This document shows positions 42,729 through 51,822 of a stretch of DNA of 64,000 bases, in pieces (position 1 is the stretch's first letter; each line of letters opens with the position of its first letter). The notes beneath the pieces were generated by a model. The model searched no databases. It was not told the origin of the DNA and worked only from the letters and a program-made list of their open reading frames with translations. The stretch is from Candidatus Sungiibacteriota bacterium. GTDB taxonomy: Bacteria; Patescibacteriota; Minisyncoccia; Sungbacterales; SURF-37. The position numbers and the translations under genes were made by a program. The stretch is from contig JACQMJ010000004.1 of NCBI GenBank assembly GCA_016203665.1, forward strand, positions 68,214 through 132,213, written 5' to 3'.

Positions 42729-45323
42729 CTATTCAAGCGCGCCCCAGTTCGGGCCCTGCTTCACCTCGACCCGCATCGGTACCGTGCCAGCCCAGGCGCC
42801 TTCCATGATGCGCCGAATCTCCGGCATGACCCCCACAATTCGTTCCTTCCGAATCTCAAACATCAGCTCGTCATGAATTTGGAGAAGCAAGCGCACGTCT
42901 TCACTCAGGCCGCGCGCGCGGATGAACCGGTCAACTTCAATCATGGCCTTCCGCATTATATCAGCCTCTGTTCCCTGGATGGGATGGTTCACCGCCATGC
43001 GTTCGGCCTCACGCTGAAGACGGAAGCTTGAGGCGGCCAGGTCCGTAAAAAAACGCTTGCGGCCGAAGGCTGTTCTCGTGAAGCCGCGCTCGTGGGCCAT
43101 GGCTTTCGTCTCGGCGATGAAGCGCGCGATGCCTTGGAAATCTGTGAAGTATTCCTCGATGAAGTGCTCGGCCTCGTCGCGGGAAATGCCGGCCGATTCG
43201 GCGAACGCGCGCGCCCCCATGCCGTAGAGGACGCCGAAGTTCAAGGCCTTGGCCCGGTAGCGCAGCTCCGGTGTGACCGCCTCAAGCGGCAGGTTATTCA
43301 CTTCCGCCGCGGTGAGGCGATGAATATCAATGCCTTGCCGGAAAGCATCCCTCATTTTATCATCCGCGGCCATGTCGGCGGCGATACGGAGTTCAAGCTG
43401 GGAGTAATCAAAGGCCGCCAGCAGGAACCCGGGTGCTGCGACAAAGGCCTTTCGGATCGCGCGGCCGCGCTCGCTCCGGATGGGGATGTTCTGGAGATTG
43501 GGATTGGCTGATGCGAGCCGCCCGGTGGCCGTACCCATTTGGTTCCAGGTCGTATGAATCCGGCCGTCCGGCGCGACAAGTTTGGGCAGCGCATCCACAT
43601 ACGTGGATTTTAATTTGGCAAGTTCGCGGTAGGCGAGCACGTCGGCAATGATAGGGTGCAGGCGCTTCAGCTTTAGAAGCTCGGCTTCGCTCATGGAGTA
43701 GGCGCCGGTCTTCTCCGTCCGGCGAATGCCCTTTTCTGCGAGGCCGAGTTTTCCAAAAAGAACTTCAGAAAGCTGGCGGGGCGACAAAATATTAAACGGC
43801 CCTCCGGCGACACGATGGATCTGGACCTCAAGCCTGCCGAGCTCGCGGCCCATCGCCCGCGAAAGCGCCGCCAGCGGCTTGGCATTAAAGGCGATGCCGC
43901 GCTCCTCCATGGCCGCGAGAATGGGCAGGAGCGGCGCATCCAAATCATCGTAGACGCCGGCAAGCTCCTCGCGCTTTAGCCGCTCTTCAAGGCGCGGGGC
44001 GAGTTCGAGGAGACGCGTGGCAACTTCGTGAACGCTTGTCGGCGGAGGCGCGCCGCGAAATTCCCTTGCAATGAGCGCCGCGGGGTCGTAATCCCTCCGG
44101 CCGGGCTCGAGCAGATACCACATAAGGGCAAAATCGCGCATGCGTGCCGGATCGTAGGACAGGCCGCGGCGGACCAGGGGTTTGGCATCAAAAAAGTATG
44201 TCCGGCCCTTAGCTAACCAGCGCTTTGAGGCCGGATCATTGAGGCCGGCCGCGGGAACTTCATAAACCTCGCGTTCCGACACGGCTGCGGCCAAACCGCC
44301 GCCGGCATCGGCCAGAAGAACGGCCGCGCCGCGGCGGCGAATATCCGATAGGCGTCCGGTTCGACTCACCCGCACTCTGGCCTGCGGCGCGGCGGCCGGC
44401 ACTCCGGCCGCGGCCGGTGCTATCGGGACGGCAGGAGCTGATCCGCCCGCCATGCGCTTCAAAAGACTCTCAAAGCCGAAACGGGCCAGCGCGGCGCGGC
44501 TGGACTCCTGCACTGTTTCTGATTTGCGGAGCCGCGCGAATTCCAGCACGAAGGAAATGGGCACGTTCTTATCAATGGTGGCAAGGGTTTTGGAGAAGAG
44601 CGCGTCGGCCTCGTGGGCTTTCAGTGCGGCGGCAACGCCGGGCTTTGCGGAGAGCCGGTCCTGCTTCAGAGCGCGGTAGACGTCTTCGATCGTACCGTAG
44701 CGCACCAGGAGCTCGCTGGCGGTCTTCTCGCCGATACCCTTAACGCCGGGAATGTTGTCCGACGGGTCTCCGCGAAGCCCCTTGAAGTCCGCGAGCTGGC
44801 GCGGGACAAGGCCGTAGCGCTCGCGCACCGCCGCAAGGTCGTATAGAACGGCGTCGGTTACGCCGCGGCGCATGGTATAGACCTTGGTCCGCCGGTCCAC
44901 CAGCTGCAGCGTGTCAAGGTCGCCGGTGGCGATGATGGTTTCCACGCCGGGGTGGCGCTTCGAAACCTGTAAGGCGATCGTGCCGATGAGATCATCAGCC
45001 TCGAAGCCCTGCTGCTCGACCACCGGGATGCCGAAGGCGGCCACGAGCTCCTTAACGAGCGGAATCTGCCGGTAGAGGGCGTCGGGAGCCTTGGCGCGCG
45101 TGGCCTTGTAGCGTTCAAAGGCTACGTGCCGGAAGGTCGGTCCGGGCGCATCAAAAACCGCGACGATATAGTCGGGCTTGAGCTCGCGGAGGAGCTTCAA
45201 GAACATGGCGGCAAAGCCGTAGACCGCGGCCACCGGCTCGCCCGCCGGGCCCGTAAGCGGCGGCAGGGCATGGAAGGCACGGTGGATGATGGCGTGCGAA
45301 TCAATGAGGACGAGGCGTTTCAT
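42729..45323 (-). CDS. polA: DNA polymerase I (5' nuclease, degenerate 3'-5' exo region, polymerase)
   Basis: Start moved to the ATG at 45323 (MKRLVLIDSHAIIHRAFHAL). The polymerase motifs are DYSQLELRI, RRAKALNFGVLYGM and QIHDEL. The central region lacks a DxE exo motif. Confidence 0.93.
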   Translation of the reverse strand: MKRLVLIDSHAIIHRAFHALPPLTGPAGEPVAAVYGFAAMFLKLLRELKPDYIVAVFDAPGPTFRHVAFERYKATRAKAPDALYRQIPLVKELVAAFGIPVVEQQGFEADDLIGTIALQVSKRHPGVETIIATGDLDTLQLVDRRTKVYTMRRGVTDAVLYDLAAVRERYGLVPRQLADFKGLRGDPSDNIPGVKGIGEKTASELLVRYGTIEDVYRALKQDRLSAKPGVAAALKAHEADALFSKTLATIDKNVPISFVLEFARLRKSETVQESSRAALARFGFESLLKRMAGGSAPAVPIAPAAAGVPAAAPQARVRVSRTGRLSDIRRRGAAVLLADAGGGLAAAVSEREVYEVPAAGLNDPASKRWLAKGRTYFFDAKPLVRRGLSYDPARMRDFALMWYLLEPGRRDYDPAALIAREFRGAPPPTSVHEVATRLLELAPRLEERLKREELAGVYDDLDAPLLPILAAMEERGIAFNAKPLAALSRAMGRELGRLEVQIHRVAGGPFNILSPRQLSEVLFGKLGLAEKGIRRTEKTGAYSMSEAELLKLKRLHPIIADVLAYRELAKLKSTYVDALPKLVAPDGRIHTTWNQMGTATGRLASANPNLQNIPIRSERGRAIRKAFVAAPGFLLAAFDYSQLELRIAADMAADDKMRDAFRQGIDIHRLTAAEVNNLPLEAVTPELRYRAKALNFGVLYGMGARAFAESAGISRDEAEHFIEEYFTDFQGIARFIAETKAMAHERGFTRTAFGRKRFFTDLAASSFRLQREAERMAVNHPIQGTEADIMRKAMIEVDRFIRARGLSEDVRLLLQIHDELMFEIRKERIVGVMPEIRRIMEGAWAGTVPMRVEVKQGPNWGALE

Positions 45324-45771
45324 AAGAAATGGTCCGTGACGTCGGCGTGCGGTGCCGAAAGCGGATCCAAATCGCATTTTGCGGGATGAGTTTCTTAATC
45401 CTATCGGCCCACTCCACAACGGCGATGGCATCGGGATCCTGGATTGCCGAGTGGATGCCAAGACGTCGTCCTTCGGCAGACGACTCAATTCTATAGGCAT
45501 CAGCGTGAACAAAATAGCGATACGGCAAGGCGCGTTTCCGTCTTCGGGGAATGCGATACCATTTTACCAGCACGAACGTCGGGCTCTGTATCCTACCAAG
45601 GACGCCGAGCGAACGCGCAAGCCCCCGGATAAACGTCGTTTTGCCCGCCCCAAGTCCTCCCTCGAGCGCAAGGACAAGCGGGCGGCGGTGCTTGAATGTT
45701 CGGAGCAATCGCACCGCGAAGCGGCGCGTCATGGCTTCGCTCCGGCTGACGAATTTTACCATTTTTGCCAT
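45301..45771 (-). CDS. tsaE: tRNA t6A biosynthesis protein TsaE
   Basis: P-loop LEGGLGAGKTTFIRGLARSLG and HADAYR. Confidence 0.88.
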   Translation of the reverse strand: MAKMVKFVSRSEAMTRRFAVRLLRTFKHRRPLVLALEGGLGAGKTTFIRGLARSLGVLGRIQSPTFVLVKWYRIPRRRKRALPYRYFVHADAYRIESSAEGRRLGIHSAIQDPDAIAVVEWADRIKKLIPQNAIWIRFRHRTPTSRTISYETPRPH

Positions 45772-45801
45772 GGCTCAACGGTAGCAGAACGCCCTGAAAT
45801 G

Positions 45802-45854
45802 AAAAACGCCCGGAGGAGCGAGGGCTCAAGGCTTTGAGCTCTGCTCCTCCGGGG
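45802..45854 (-). terminator. intrinsic terminator after the lipoprotein gene
   Basis: On the reverse strand, ccccggaggagc...gctcctccggg is a long hairpin followed by cgttttt. Confidence 0.7.
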
Positions 45855-45863
45855 TTGCCCTGT

Positions 45864-46490
45864 TTAGTGGAGAGCCCAGACCGCGTTCTTCGCGGCCGAG
45901 CGAAGGGCCTCCACCCGGTAGTCCCCGGTGTAGCCGCCGTAGCCGAATCGGACGGCCGCACTGCCGATCGCCCTCACCTGGCGCGATGACGAATCGAGAA
46001 CGCGGATATCCATCACCACCGCCCCCGCCTTCTCGATCGCCGAGGCTTCGGCGATGAAGTCCGTCGCGACCGCATCCTGACCCCGGGGATAGTACTGCGG
46101 CCCGGGGTTGTCAACCACGACAGCCCCGCGCCGACGCAGCTGGTCCTCGATCACGGGGCGGCTCACGTCCACCCCGTAACCATAGGATCGAGCACCCACC
46201 ACCTGGATGCTTTTCCCGGAGAGCCACGGCAGCGGCTGCGGCTCCTGGAAGACCGTCTTGGCCTCCCCCGAACCGACGGCGGCACCGACGGCCGCGCCGC
46301 CGAGTCCGCCGATCAGCGCTCCGGCGGCAGCACCCTTGCCGCCGCCGATCAGGCCGCCGACAGCCGCGCCGCCCATGGCGCCGAGAACCGCACCCTGGGT
46401 CGCGCGCTGACCGACCGGGCCCGTGGCGCACGCCGCGAGAAACGGCACCAGGATGATCAGAAGAACGATGGCGAATCGCTTGGTGGCCAT
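45864..46490 (-). CDS. lipoprotein with a glycine-zipper region
   Basis: The start at 46490 follows a GGAGG SD. The signal peptide and lipobox are MATKRFAIVLLIILVPFLAAC. It then has GAMGGAAVGGLIGGGKGAAAGALIGGLGGAAVGAAVG. Confidence 0.8.
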   Translation of the reverse strand: MATKRFAIVLLIILVPFLAACATGPVGQRATQGAVLGAMGGAAVGGLIGGGKGAAAGALIGGLGGAAVGAAVGSGEAKTVFQEPQPLPWLSGKSIQVVGARSYGYGVDVSRPVIEDQLRRRGAVVVDNPGPQYYPRGQDAVATDFIAEASAIEKAGAVVMDIRVLDSSSRQVRAIGSAAVRFGYGGYTGDYRVEALRSAAKNAVWALH

Positions 46491-46652
46491 GATACCCTCC
46501 TCTTCCTCTGGTAGTAGTCTAACTAACTTCTCGGCGTGGTATCGCAACGCGAACTTCGCGTGTGGAATCTTGCAGAATCTATGGTTGTGAATCTAGCCAT
46601 ATTATACAAATAAATCAATATAAAGTCAATAGTACTCATAAAATGCCTATTT

Positions 46653-47819
46653 ATGCACATTTCCATTGACTTGCCGGGTAGGCGCGCTACCAATGGCCCT
46701 ATGCCAAACGAGCCGCTCCAAGGCATAAGCGTATCCCCCGCCGAGGCCGCCAAACGCATCGCCGCAAGCGCTACCATCGCCGTTGTTCTGCCGGAAACGG
46801 CAGGACTTGAAATCATCGGCTCCGCAGCGGCTCTTGTTTTCGGTCTCAAATCGCTCGGCAAAGCCGTTTCCGTATTTGCGCCGTCGGCGGCATACGGCGC
46901 GCTAGCGCTCCTGCCCGGCGCGCTCGGCGCCGACGAGGAGCCGCTCCGCGAATTCATCATCTCCTTTGATCTCACCCGCTCGCCCATCAAGGAACTGAAG
47001 TACGAACGCGCCGACAACCGCCTGGATATAATCCTCTCCCCTACGGGCCGCATCCGGCGCGAGGACGTTATTTTCCGCTGGGGCGAGCTCCGCTACGACC
47101 TCGTCATCACCATCGGCGCGCAATCACCCGATGCCATTGGCACAGCCATAAGATCCGCACCCGAGCTCATCCACGAAAAGCCGCTCTTGAACATTGACAT
47201 CGATCAGGAGAATCGCCGCTTCGGCGACCTGAACCTGGTGCCGCCGGCCGCAGCACTGGAGCCGCCGACGCTCGCGGAAATGACCGCGGGCCTCCTCACC
47301 GCCCTTGGCGTGACGCATGACGCCGAGCGCGCGACCGCACTTTTTGCCGCACTGGCATCGGCAACGAACAATTTCCGGCCGCAGCGAACTAGCGCCAGCG
47401 CCTTCCGCCTCGCCGGCGAACTCAAGGCTGCCGGCGCCGATACCATGGCCTCAAGGCTCACGGCTCCGCCCGAGGCGCAGGCCGGCCGGATGCGGCTTAG
47501 CGGCCGGGCCATGGCGCGCTCGCGCCTTGAGCCGGAACTCGATCTTCTCTGGGCGCTCCTCACCGCCGAGGATTTCTCCAAGACCGCAACCGGCCCCGAA
47601 GACACCGCCGCCGTGCTCGAACAACTCCTTCTCGCCTTTCCCGGCGTGGGCCGCGCCGTGCTCCTCTGGCAGGAAGAGACCGATGGCGCCATTCGCGTGC
47701 ACGCGACAACGGCTGACAACGCCGAACCACTGCCGCTGGCCAAGGATGTATTCCCGTCGTTCCCGGCCGCAGAGGAGCATATCCGCCGATTGCTCGGGGA
47801 AGGCAGTACGGTAGAATGA
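46653..47819 (+). CDS. NrnA/DHH-DHHA1-like protein with degenerate catalytic motifs
   Basis: The architecture follows NrnA: IAVVLPE.., DLVITIG, NIDIDQENRRFGD in place of IDHH.N..FG, and ALASATNNFR in place of G..tDTg.F. The DHH metal ligands are replaced. The start could instead be the ATG at 46701. Confidence 0.55.
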   Translation: MHISIDLPGRRATNGPMPNEPLQGISVSPAEAAKRIAASATIAVVLPETAGLEIIGSAAALVFGLKSLGKAVSVFAPSAAYGALALLPGALGADEEPLREFIISFDLTRSPIKELKYERADNRLDIILSPTGRIRREDVIFRWGELRYDLVITIGAQSPDAIGTAIRSAPELIHEKPLLNIDIDQENRRFGDLNLVPPAAALEPPTLAEMTAGLLTALGVTHDAERATALFAALASATNNFRPQRTSASAFRLAGELKAAGADTMASRLTAPPEAQAGRMRLSGRAMARSRLEPELDLLWALLTAEDFSKTATGPEDTAAVLEQLLLAFPGVGRAVLLWQEETDGAIRVHATTADNAEPLPLAKDVFPSFPAAEEHIRRLLGEGSTVE

Positions 47820-47829
47820 GCCTACGCCC

Positions 47830-49494
47830 ATGGTTACCTTTGAGGAGGGAAAGCAGCAGGAGCAACTCCTAAAGCTCCGACGGAAGGAGGAAGAGGACAC
47901 GGTGAAGCTCCTCGCCGAGAAGTACCGCCTGCCCTACGCTGACCTCTCGGCAATGCCCATCAATGTAGATGCACTGGCACTCGTCCGGGAGGATGACGCC
48001 CGGGCGGCAGAGCTTGCCGTCGTCCAGAAGACTGGACAACGCCTCGAGATCGGCGTCCGGAACCCCGAACACCCGAAGACAAAGGCCATCCTCGAGGACC
48101 TCGCCGGCCGGCGCTACACGCCGGACCTCTTCCTCGTATCCAAGACAAGCCTCGAAAAGGCCTGGGCGGTCTATACGAACGTCACTCGCCGCGCCCGCGT
48201 CATTTCGGGCGAAGTGGAAGTTTCCGCCGAGCGCCTTGCCCAATTCCGGAGCAAGGTCAAGGCACTTCCCGACATAGCATCGCTCCTGGGTTCCGTAGAG
48301 ACGAAACGCGCCACGGACATTCTGGAAATCATCCTTGCCGGGGCGCTGGCCGTTGACGCCTCGGACGTCCACCTCGAACCGCAGTCCGAGGCCGTACGCC
48401 TCCGCTACCGCCTCGATGGCGTGCTGGCCGACGCCGCAAGCCTGCCCAAGGAGAGCTACCGCTTCATTCTCTCCCGCATCAAACTTATCGCCGAAATGAA
48501 GCTGAACGTTCAGACGCGGGGCCAGGATGGGCGCTTCACCATCCGCGCCGAGGGCGCGGATATGGAGGTGCGCGCCTCAACCCTGCCCGGGCCCTACGGC
48601 GAGAACATCGTGCTGCGGGTGCTGAACCCCAAGGCCATTGCCATCACCTTTGCCGAGCTCGGCATGCAGCCTTGGATCGGACGGGCCATGACGGAGGAGC
48701 TTTTAAAGCCTAATGGCATGATACTGACCACCGGGCCGACGGGCTCCGGCAAGACCACAACGCTCTACGCCTTTGTCCGCGAGGTGTCGAAACCCGGCAT
48801 CAAAATTATCACCCTCGAGGATCCCATCGAATACCGCCTGGCCGGCATCGAGCAGACGCAGGTTGAACCCGCCGCAGGCTACGATTTCGCCTCCGGCCTC
48901 CGCTCCATCCTGCGCCAAGACCCGGACGTCATCCTGGTCGGCGAAATCCGAGACCTGGAAACGGCGCAAACGGCCATGCATGCCGCGCTGACCGGCCATC
49001 TTGTCTTCTCCACGCTGCATACCAATAACGCCGCCGGCACCATCCCGCGGCTCCTGGACCTCGGCGTGGATCCGGCCATCATGGCCCCGGCCATCAACGT
49101 GGCCATGGCCCAGCGGCTCGTCCGCAAACTCTGTCCGAAGTGCAAGCAGGAATACCAGGCGACGAAAGACGAACGACAAACGCTAAAAGCCGAAAATGAA
49201 ACCCTGCCCGCTGGCGTCGAAAAACCGGCGCTGCCAGAACCGCTTACGCTCTGGAAAGCAGCCGGCTGCGGCGAATGCAACAACACCGGCTACAAGGGCC
49301 GGATTGGAGTTTTTGAAATCATCCTAATAAACGACACCCTTGAAGAGCTCGTTTTCCGGCGGCCGTCGGAGGTGGAAATAAAAGAAGCCGCCCGAAGTCA
49401 GGGACAGATCACCATGCGCCAGGACGCCATCCTGAAGGTACTGGCCGGCATCACCGACCTGCCCGAGGTCGAACGGGTGGTGGGAGCGGGATGA
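47830..49494 (+). CDS. pilB: type II/IV secretion system ATPase (PilB/GspE family)
   Basis: Walker A GPTGSGKTTTLYA, Asp box, Walker B ILVGEIRD, His box, and the tetracysteine CPKC...CGEC. Confidence 0.92.
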   Translation: MVTFEEGKQQEQLLKLRRKEEEDTVKLLAEKYRLPYADLSAMPINVDALALVREDDARAAELAVVQKTGQRLEIGVRNPEHPKTKAILEDLAGRRYTPDLFLVSKTSLEKAWAVYTNVTRRARVISGEVEVSAERLAQFRSKVKALPDIASLLGSVETKRATDILEIILAGALAVDASDVHLEPQSEAVRLRYRLDGVLADAASLPKESYRFILSRIKLIAEMKLNVQTRGQDGRFTIRAEGADMEVRASTLPGPYGENIVLRVLNPKAIAITFAELGMQPWIGRAMTEELLKPNGMILTTGPTGSGKTTTLYAFVREVSKPGIKIITLEDPIEYRLAGIEQTQVEPAAGYDFASGLRSILRQDPDVILVGEIRDLETAQTAMHAALTGHLVFSTLHTNNAAGTIPRLLDLGVDPAIMAPAINVAMAQRLVRKLCPKCKQEYQATKDERQTLKAENETLPAGVEKPALPEPLTLWKAAGCGECNNTGYKGRIGVFEIILINDTLEELVFRRPSEVEIKEAARSQGQITMRQDAILKVLAGITDLPEVERVVGAG

Positions 49495-49579
49495 GTTTAA
49501 TCAGTTTAAGGAGTTTAATGAGTCGGTGGATTTAAAAAAGGGGGGAAAGAAAAAACTCCCAAAATTTCCATCTAAGCGA

Positions 49580-49683
49580 GGCCGCCTAGGTTTTTGTCCA
49601 TCGGGTTGGCAGTGGGATCCCTGGGCCGAAAATCGCTTCGCGATTTTCTAAAAATAGAGGCGTGGACAAAAACCTAGGCGGCC
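49580..49683 (+). repeat. stem-closed intergenic element, family copy 2 (GGCAGTGGGA...GAGGCGT core)
   Basis: The outer arms ggccgcctaggtttttgtcca (49580-49600) and tggacaaaaacctaggcggcc (49663-49683) form a perfect 21-bp complement. The core motifs are at 49608-49617 and 49657-49663. The inner hairpin is gaaaatcgc-ttc-gcgattttc. Confidence 0.8.
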
Positions 49684-49692
49684 GAGCGCTTA

Positions 49693-49862
49693 CCTCCCCG
49701 GGCTGTGGGCAATTCTCCGGCTTGGGAGCGCGGAGGTCAGGACTGACGATTCGGGTACCCCAGTCGAACCCGCGACAAGGCGGAAACCAGGGTGCCGGGT
49801 AAGAGAAAGTCCCCATTCAGGCCAACGCGAATTGTACCTGAATTGCCCACAGCCCGGAGAGG
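49693..49862. repeat. 170-nt element bounded by 23-nt inverted repeats
   Basis: cctccccgggctgtgggcaattc (49693-49715) matches the reverse complement of gaattgcccacagcccggagagg (49840-49862) at 22 of 23 positions. Confidence 0.8.
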
Positions 49863-49989
49863 CCTACCGGCCGACCGGAAAGCAACGAGAAAGAGGGCTC
49901 GCGCCCTCCTCATTTCCTAAAAAATTCCAACCGGTTACTGCCTTAATTATATCAATTCTACATAGGTCTGTCAACTTACTTCCTGTCCC

Positions 49990-51000
49990 ATGCTTACCGA
50001 GCCCAAAGCTAAACGCGAGGACCAGGCGCTGGATCAAACGCTGCGGCCGCAGCGGTGGGATGAATTCATTGGCCAGGATCCGGTGAAGGATAACCTTAAA
50101 ATCCTGATCGCCGCGGCGAAAAAACGCGCCGAGTCCATTGAGCACGTGCTCCTCTACGGCCCGGCGGGCCTTGGCAAGACCTCGCTCGCCCATTTGATCG
50201 CCCGCGAGCTGAATACCAACATCCGCATCACCTCCGGCCCGGCCGTGGAACGCGTCGGCGATCTCGCCTCCATCCTGACGAACCTTCTGCCCGGGGACGT
50301 CCTTTTCATTGATGAGGCGCACCGCCTTAATAAACTGATCGAGGAAGTGCTCTACCCGGCTATGGAATCGCGCACGCTCGACATCATCATCGGCAAGGGG
50401 CCCTCGGCCCGCACCATTCAGTTGGAACTTCCGCCCTTCACGCTCATTGCCGCGACCACCCGTATAGGCATGCTCTCCGGGCCGCTGCGCTCGCGCTTCG
50501 GCGTCACCTTTCGGCTGGACTTCTATTCCACGCGCGACATCGAGCGGATTCTGGAGCGCTCCTGCCAACTCCTCGGGGTATCGGCCGACCCGGATGCCAT
50601 CGCGGCCACGGCCGCGGCGGCGCGCCAGACCCCCCGCGTGGCCAATCGCCTCTTAAAGCGCGTGCGCGACTACGCCACAGTCCACGGCAACGGACGGCTC
50701 ACGGCCGATGCGGCCCGGCGGGCGCTCGTACTCCTGGAAATAGATGCGCTTGGCCTTGAGCCGACTGACCGGCGCATCCTGGACGCGATCATCAGAAAAT
50801 TCCAGGGCGGACCGGTTGGACTCTCCGCGCTCGCGGCGGCCACGGCCGAGGAAGAAGACACCATCGAGGAAGTCTATGAACCCTATCTCATGCAGTTGGG
50901 ATTCCTGGAGCGGACCGCGCGCGGCCGCGTGGCCACGCGACTGGCCTTTGAGCACCTCGGAATCACGCCGCGCAACCAGCAACCGCTCCTTGAGGCCTAG
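49990..51000 (+). CDS. ruvB: Holliday junction DNA helicase RuvB
   Basis: [23 protein letters not shown]...[14 protein letters not shown]... Confidence 0.96.
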   Translation: MLTEPKAKREDQALDQTLRPQRWDEFIGQDPVKDNLKILIAAAKKRAESIEHVLLYGPAGLGKTSLAHLIARELNTNIRITSGPAVERVGDLASILTNLLPGDVLFIDEAHRLNKLIEEVLYPAMESRTLDIIIGKGPSARTIQLELPPFTLIAATTRIGMLSGPLRSRFGVTFRLDFYSTRDIERILERSCQLLGVSADPDAIAATAAAARQTPRVANRLLKRVRDYATVHGNGRLTADAARRALVLLEIDALGLEPTDRRILDAIIRKFQGGPVGLSALAAATAEEEDTIEEVYEPYLMQLGFLERTARGRVATRLAFEHLGITPRNQQPLLEA

Positions 51001-51004
51001 CACA

Positions 51005-51196
51005 ATGTTTTTCACACTTCTTTCATTCTTCATCGCATTCACCGCAGCCCACGCATTTTTTTCGGCTGCTGCCATCTATCATCTCCGGTCCTACACCCTC
51101 CCCGGCTGGTCCGCTCCGAAAATTGTTATTCCGGCATACCTCGCCCTATCGCTCCTCTTTCTCGGCTTGGCGCTCGCCGCATTATTCAGCCTATGA
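51005..51196 (+). CDS. small 2-TM membrane protein (hypothetical)
   Basis: MFFTLLSFFIAFTAAHAFFSAAAIYHLRSYTLPGWSAPKIVIPAYLALSLLFLGLALAALFSL. ATGA overlap with the next gene. Confidence 0.55.
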   Translation: MFFTLLSFFIAFTAAHAFFSAAAIYHLRSYTLPGWSAPKIVIPAYLALSLLFLGLALAALFSL

Positions 51197-51744
51197 ATAA
51201 ATCCATGCTGACGCTTGCTCCCGGCGAATCCATTCTCCTCACCATGCGGCGCCACTGGATCGTCTTTGCCGGCCCGACCATGACTTTCACGTTCCTCCTC
51301 GCCATTCCGCCGCTTCTGGTCCTCATCGCCCGCAACGTTCTGCCGCTTTTCAGTATCCCCGCCGTAGAGTCGGTTGCGGATTTTTTCCTTGCCCTCTACC
51401 TCGCCGGGCTCATCGCTTATCTCTTCGTGCGCTGGCTCTCCTACTACCTTGATGTCTGGATTATCACCACCGAGCGCATTATAGACATTGAGCAAAAAAC
51501 GCTCTTCCACCGCGAGATATCAGAGATGCCGTTGGATCGCATCCAGAACGTGACCGTGGAGATCCCGGGGTTCGTCGCCACCATGCTGAAGTTCGGGGAC
51601 ATGCGTATCCAAACCGCCGGCGCGGGGGAATTTACCATATCGTCGGTCACGGATTTTGAGCGCGCCAAAGACCTCATCCTGAAGCACTCCCGACAGCAGG
51701 CGGCGGCGCCGGCGACGGAGCCTCCGCCACGCGCTACCCCCTGA
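51193..51744 (+). CDS. bacterial PH domain (bPH_2/YdbT-like, DUF304) membrane protein
   Basis: LAPGESILLTMRRHWIVFAGP, two TM helices, then a PH-like domain (ITTERIIDIEQKTLFHREISEMPLDRIQNVTVE). Confidence 0.75.
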   Translation: MNKSMLTLAPGESILLTMRRHWIVFAGPTMTFTFLLAIPPLLVLIARNVLPLFSIPAVESVADFFLALYLAGLIAYLFVRWLSYYLDVWIITTERIIDIEQKTLFHREISEMPLDRIQNVTVEIPGFVATMLKFGDMRIQTAGAGEFTISSVTDFERAKDLILKHSRQQAAAPATEPPPRATP

Positions 51745-51822
51745 ATCTGGAAGCGGGAGCCGAAAAGCAAGCTGCGATGAATCTTGCATAATTCGTGATC
51801 CCTGCTTCATGCTTCCTAGCGT

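Noticed and set aside
45324-45512. N-terminal extensions of track ORFs: polA from 45512, beta-CASP from 26265, HAD from 11395, DUF192 from 32277, Mur ligase from 37518, the membrane protein from 37966, PHP from 36251, recO from 6184, uvrB from 39330, yidC from 60454 and the lipoprotein from 46547.
   Set aside because: The extensions overlap upstream genes and have Arg/Ser/Pro-rich non-protein-like sequence. In each case an internal ATG coincides with the conserved family N-terminus, often behind an AGGAGG-type SD or an ATGA overlap.
49693-49862. An SRP RNA, or RNase P RNA fragments (GGUCAGGAC..., AAGGCGG...GGGUGCCGGGUAAGAG, GAGAAAGUCC).
   Set aside because: A long end-paired hairpin and GGUCAGG are reminiscent of 4.5S RNA. 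However, the universally conserved helix-8 loops (GGAA tetraloop, AGCA strand) are absent. The RNase P-like words are in the wrong order and only ~40 nt apart. It is therefore not called as either RNA.
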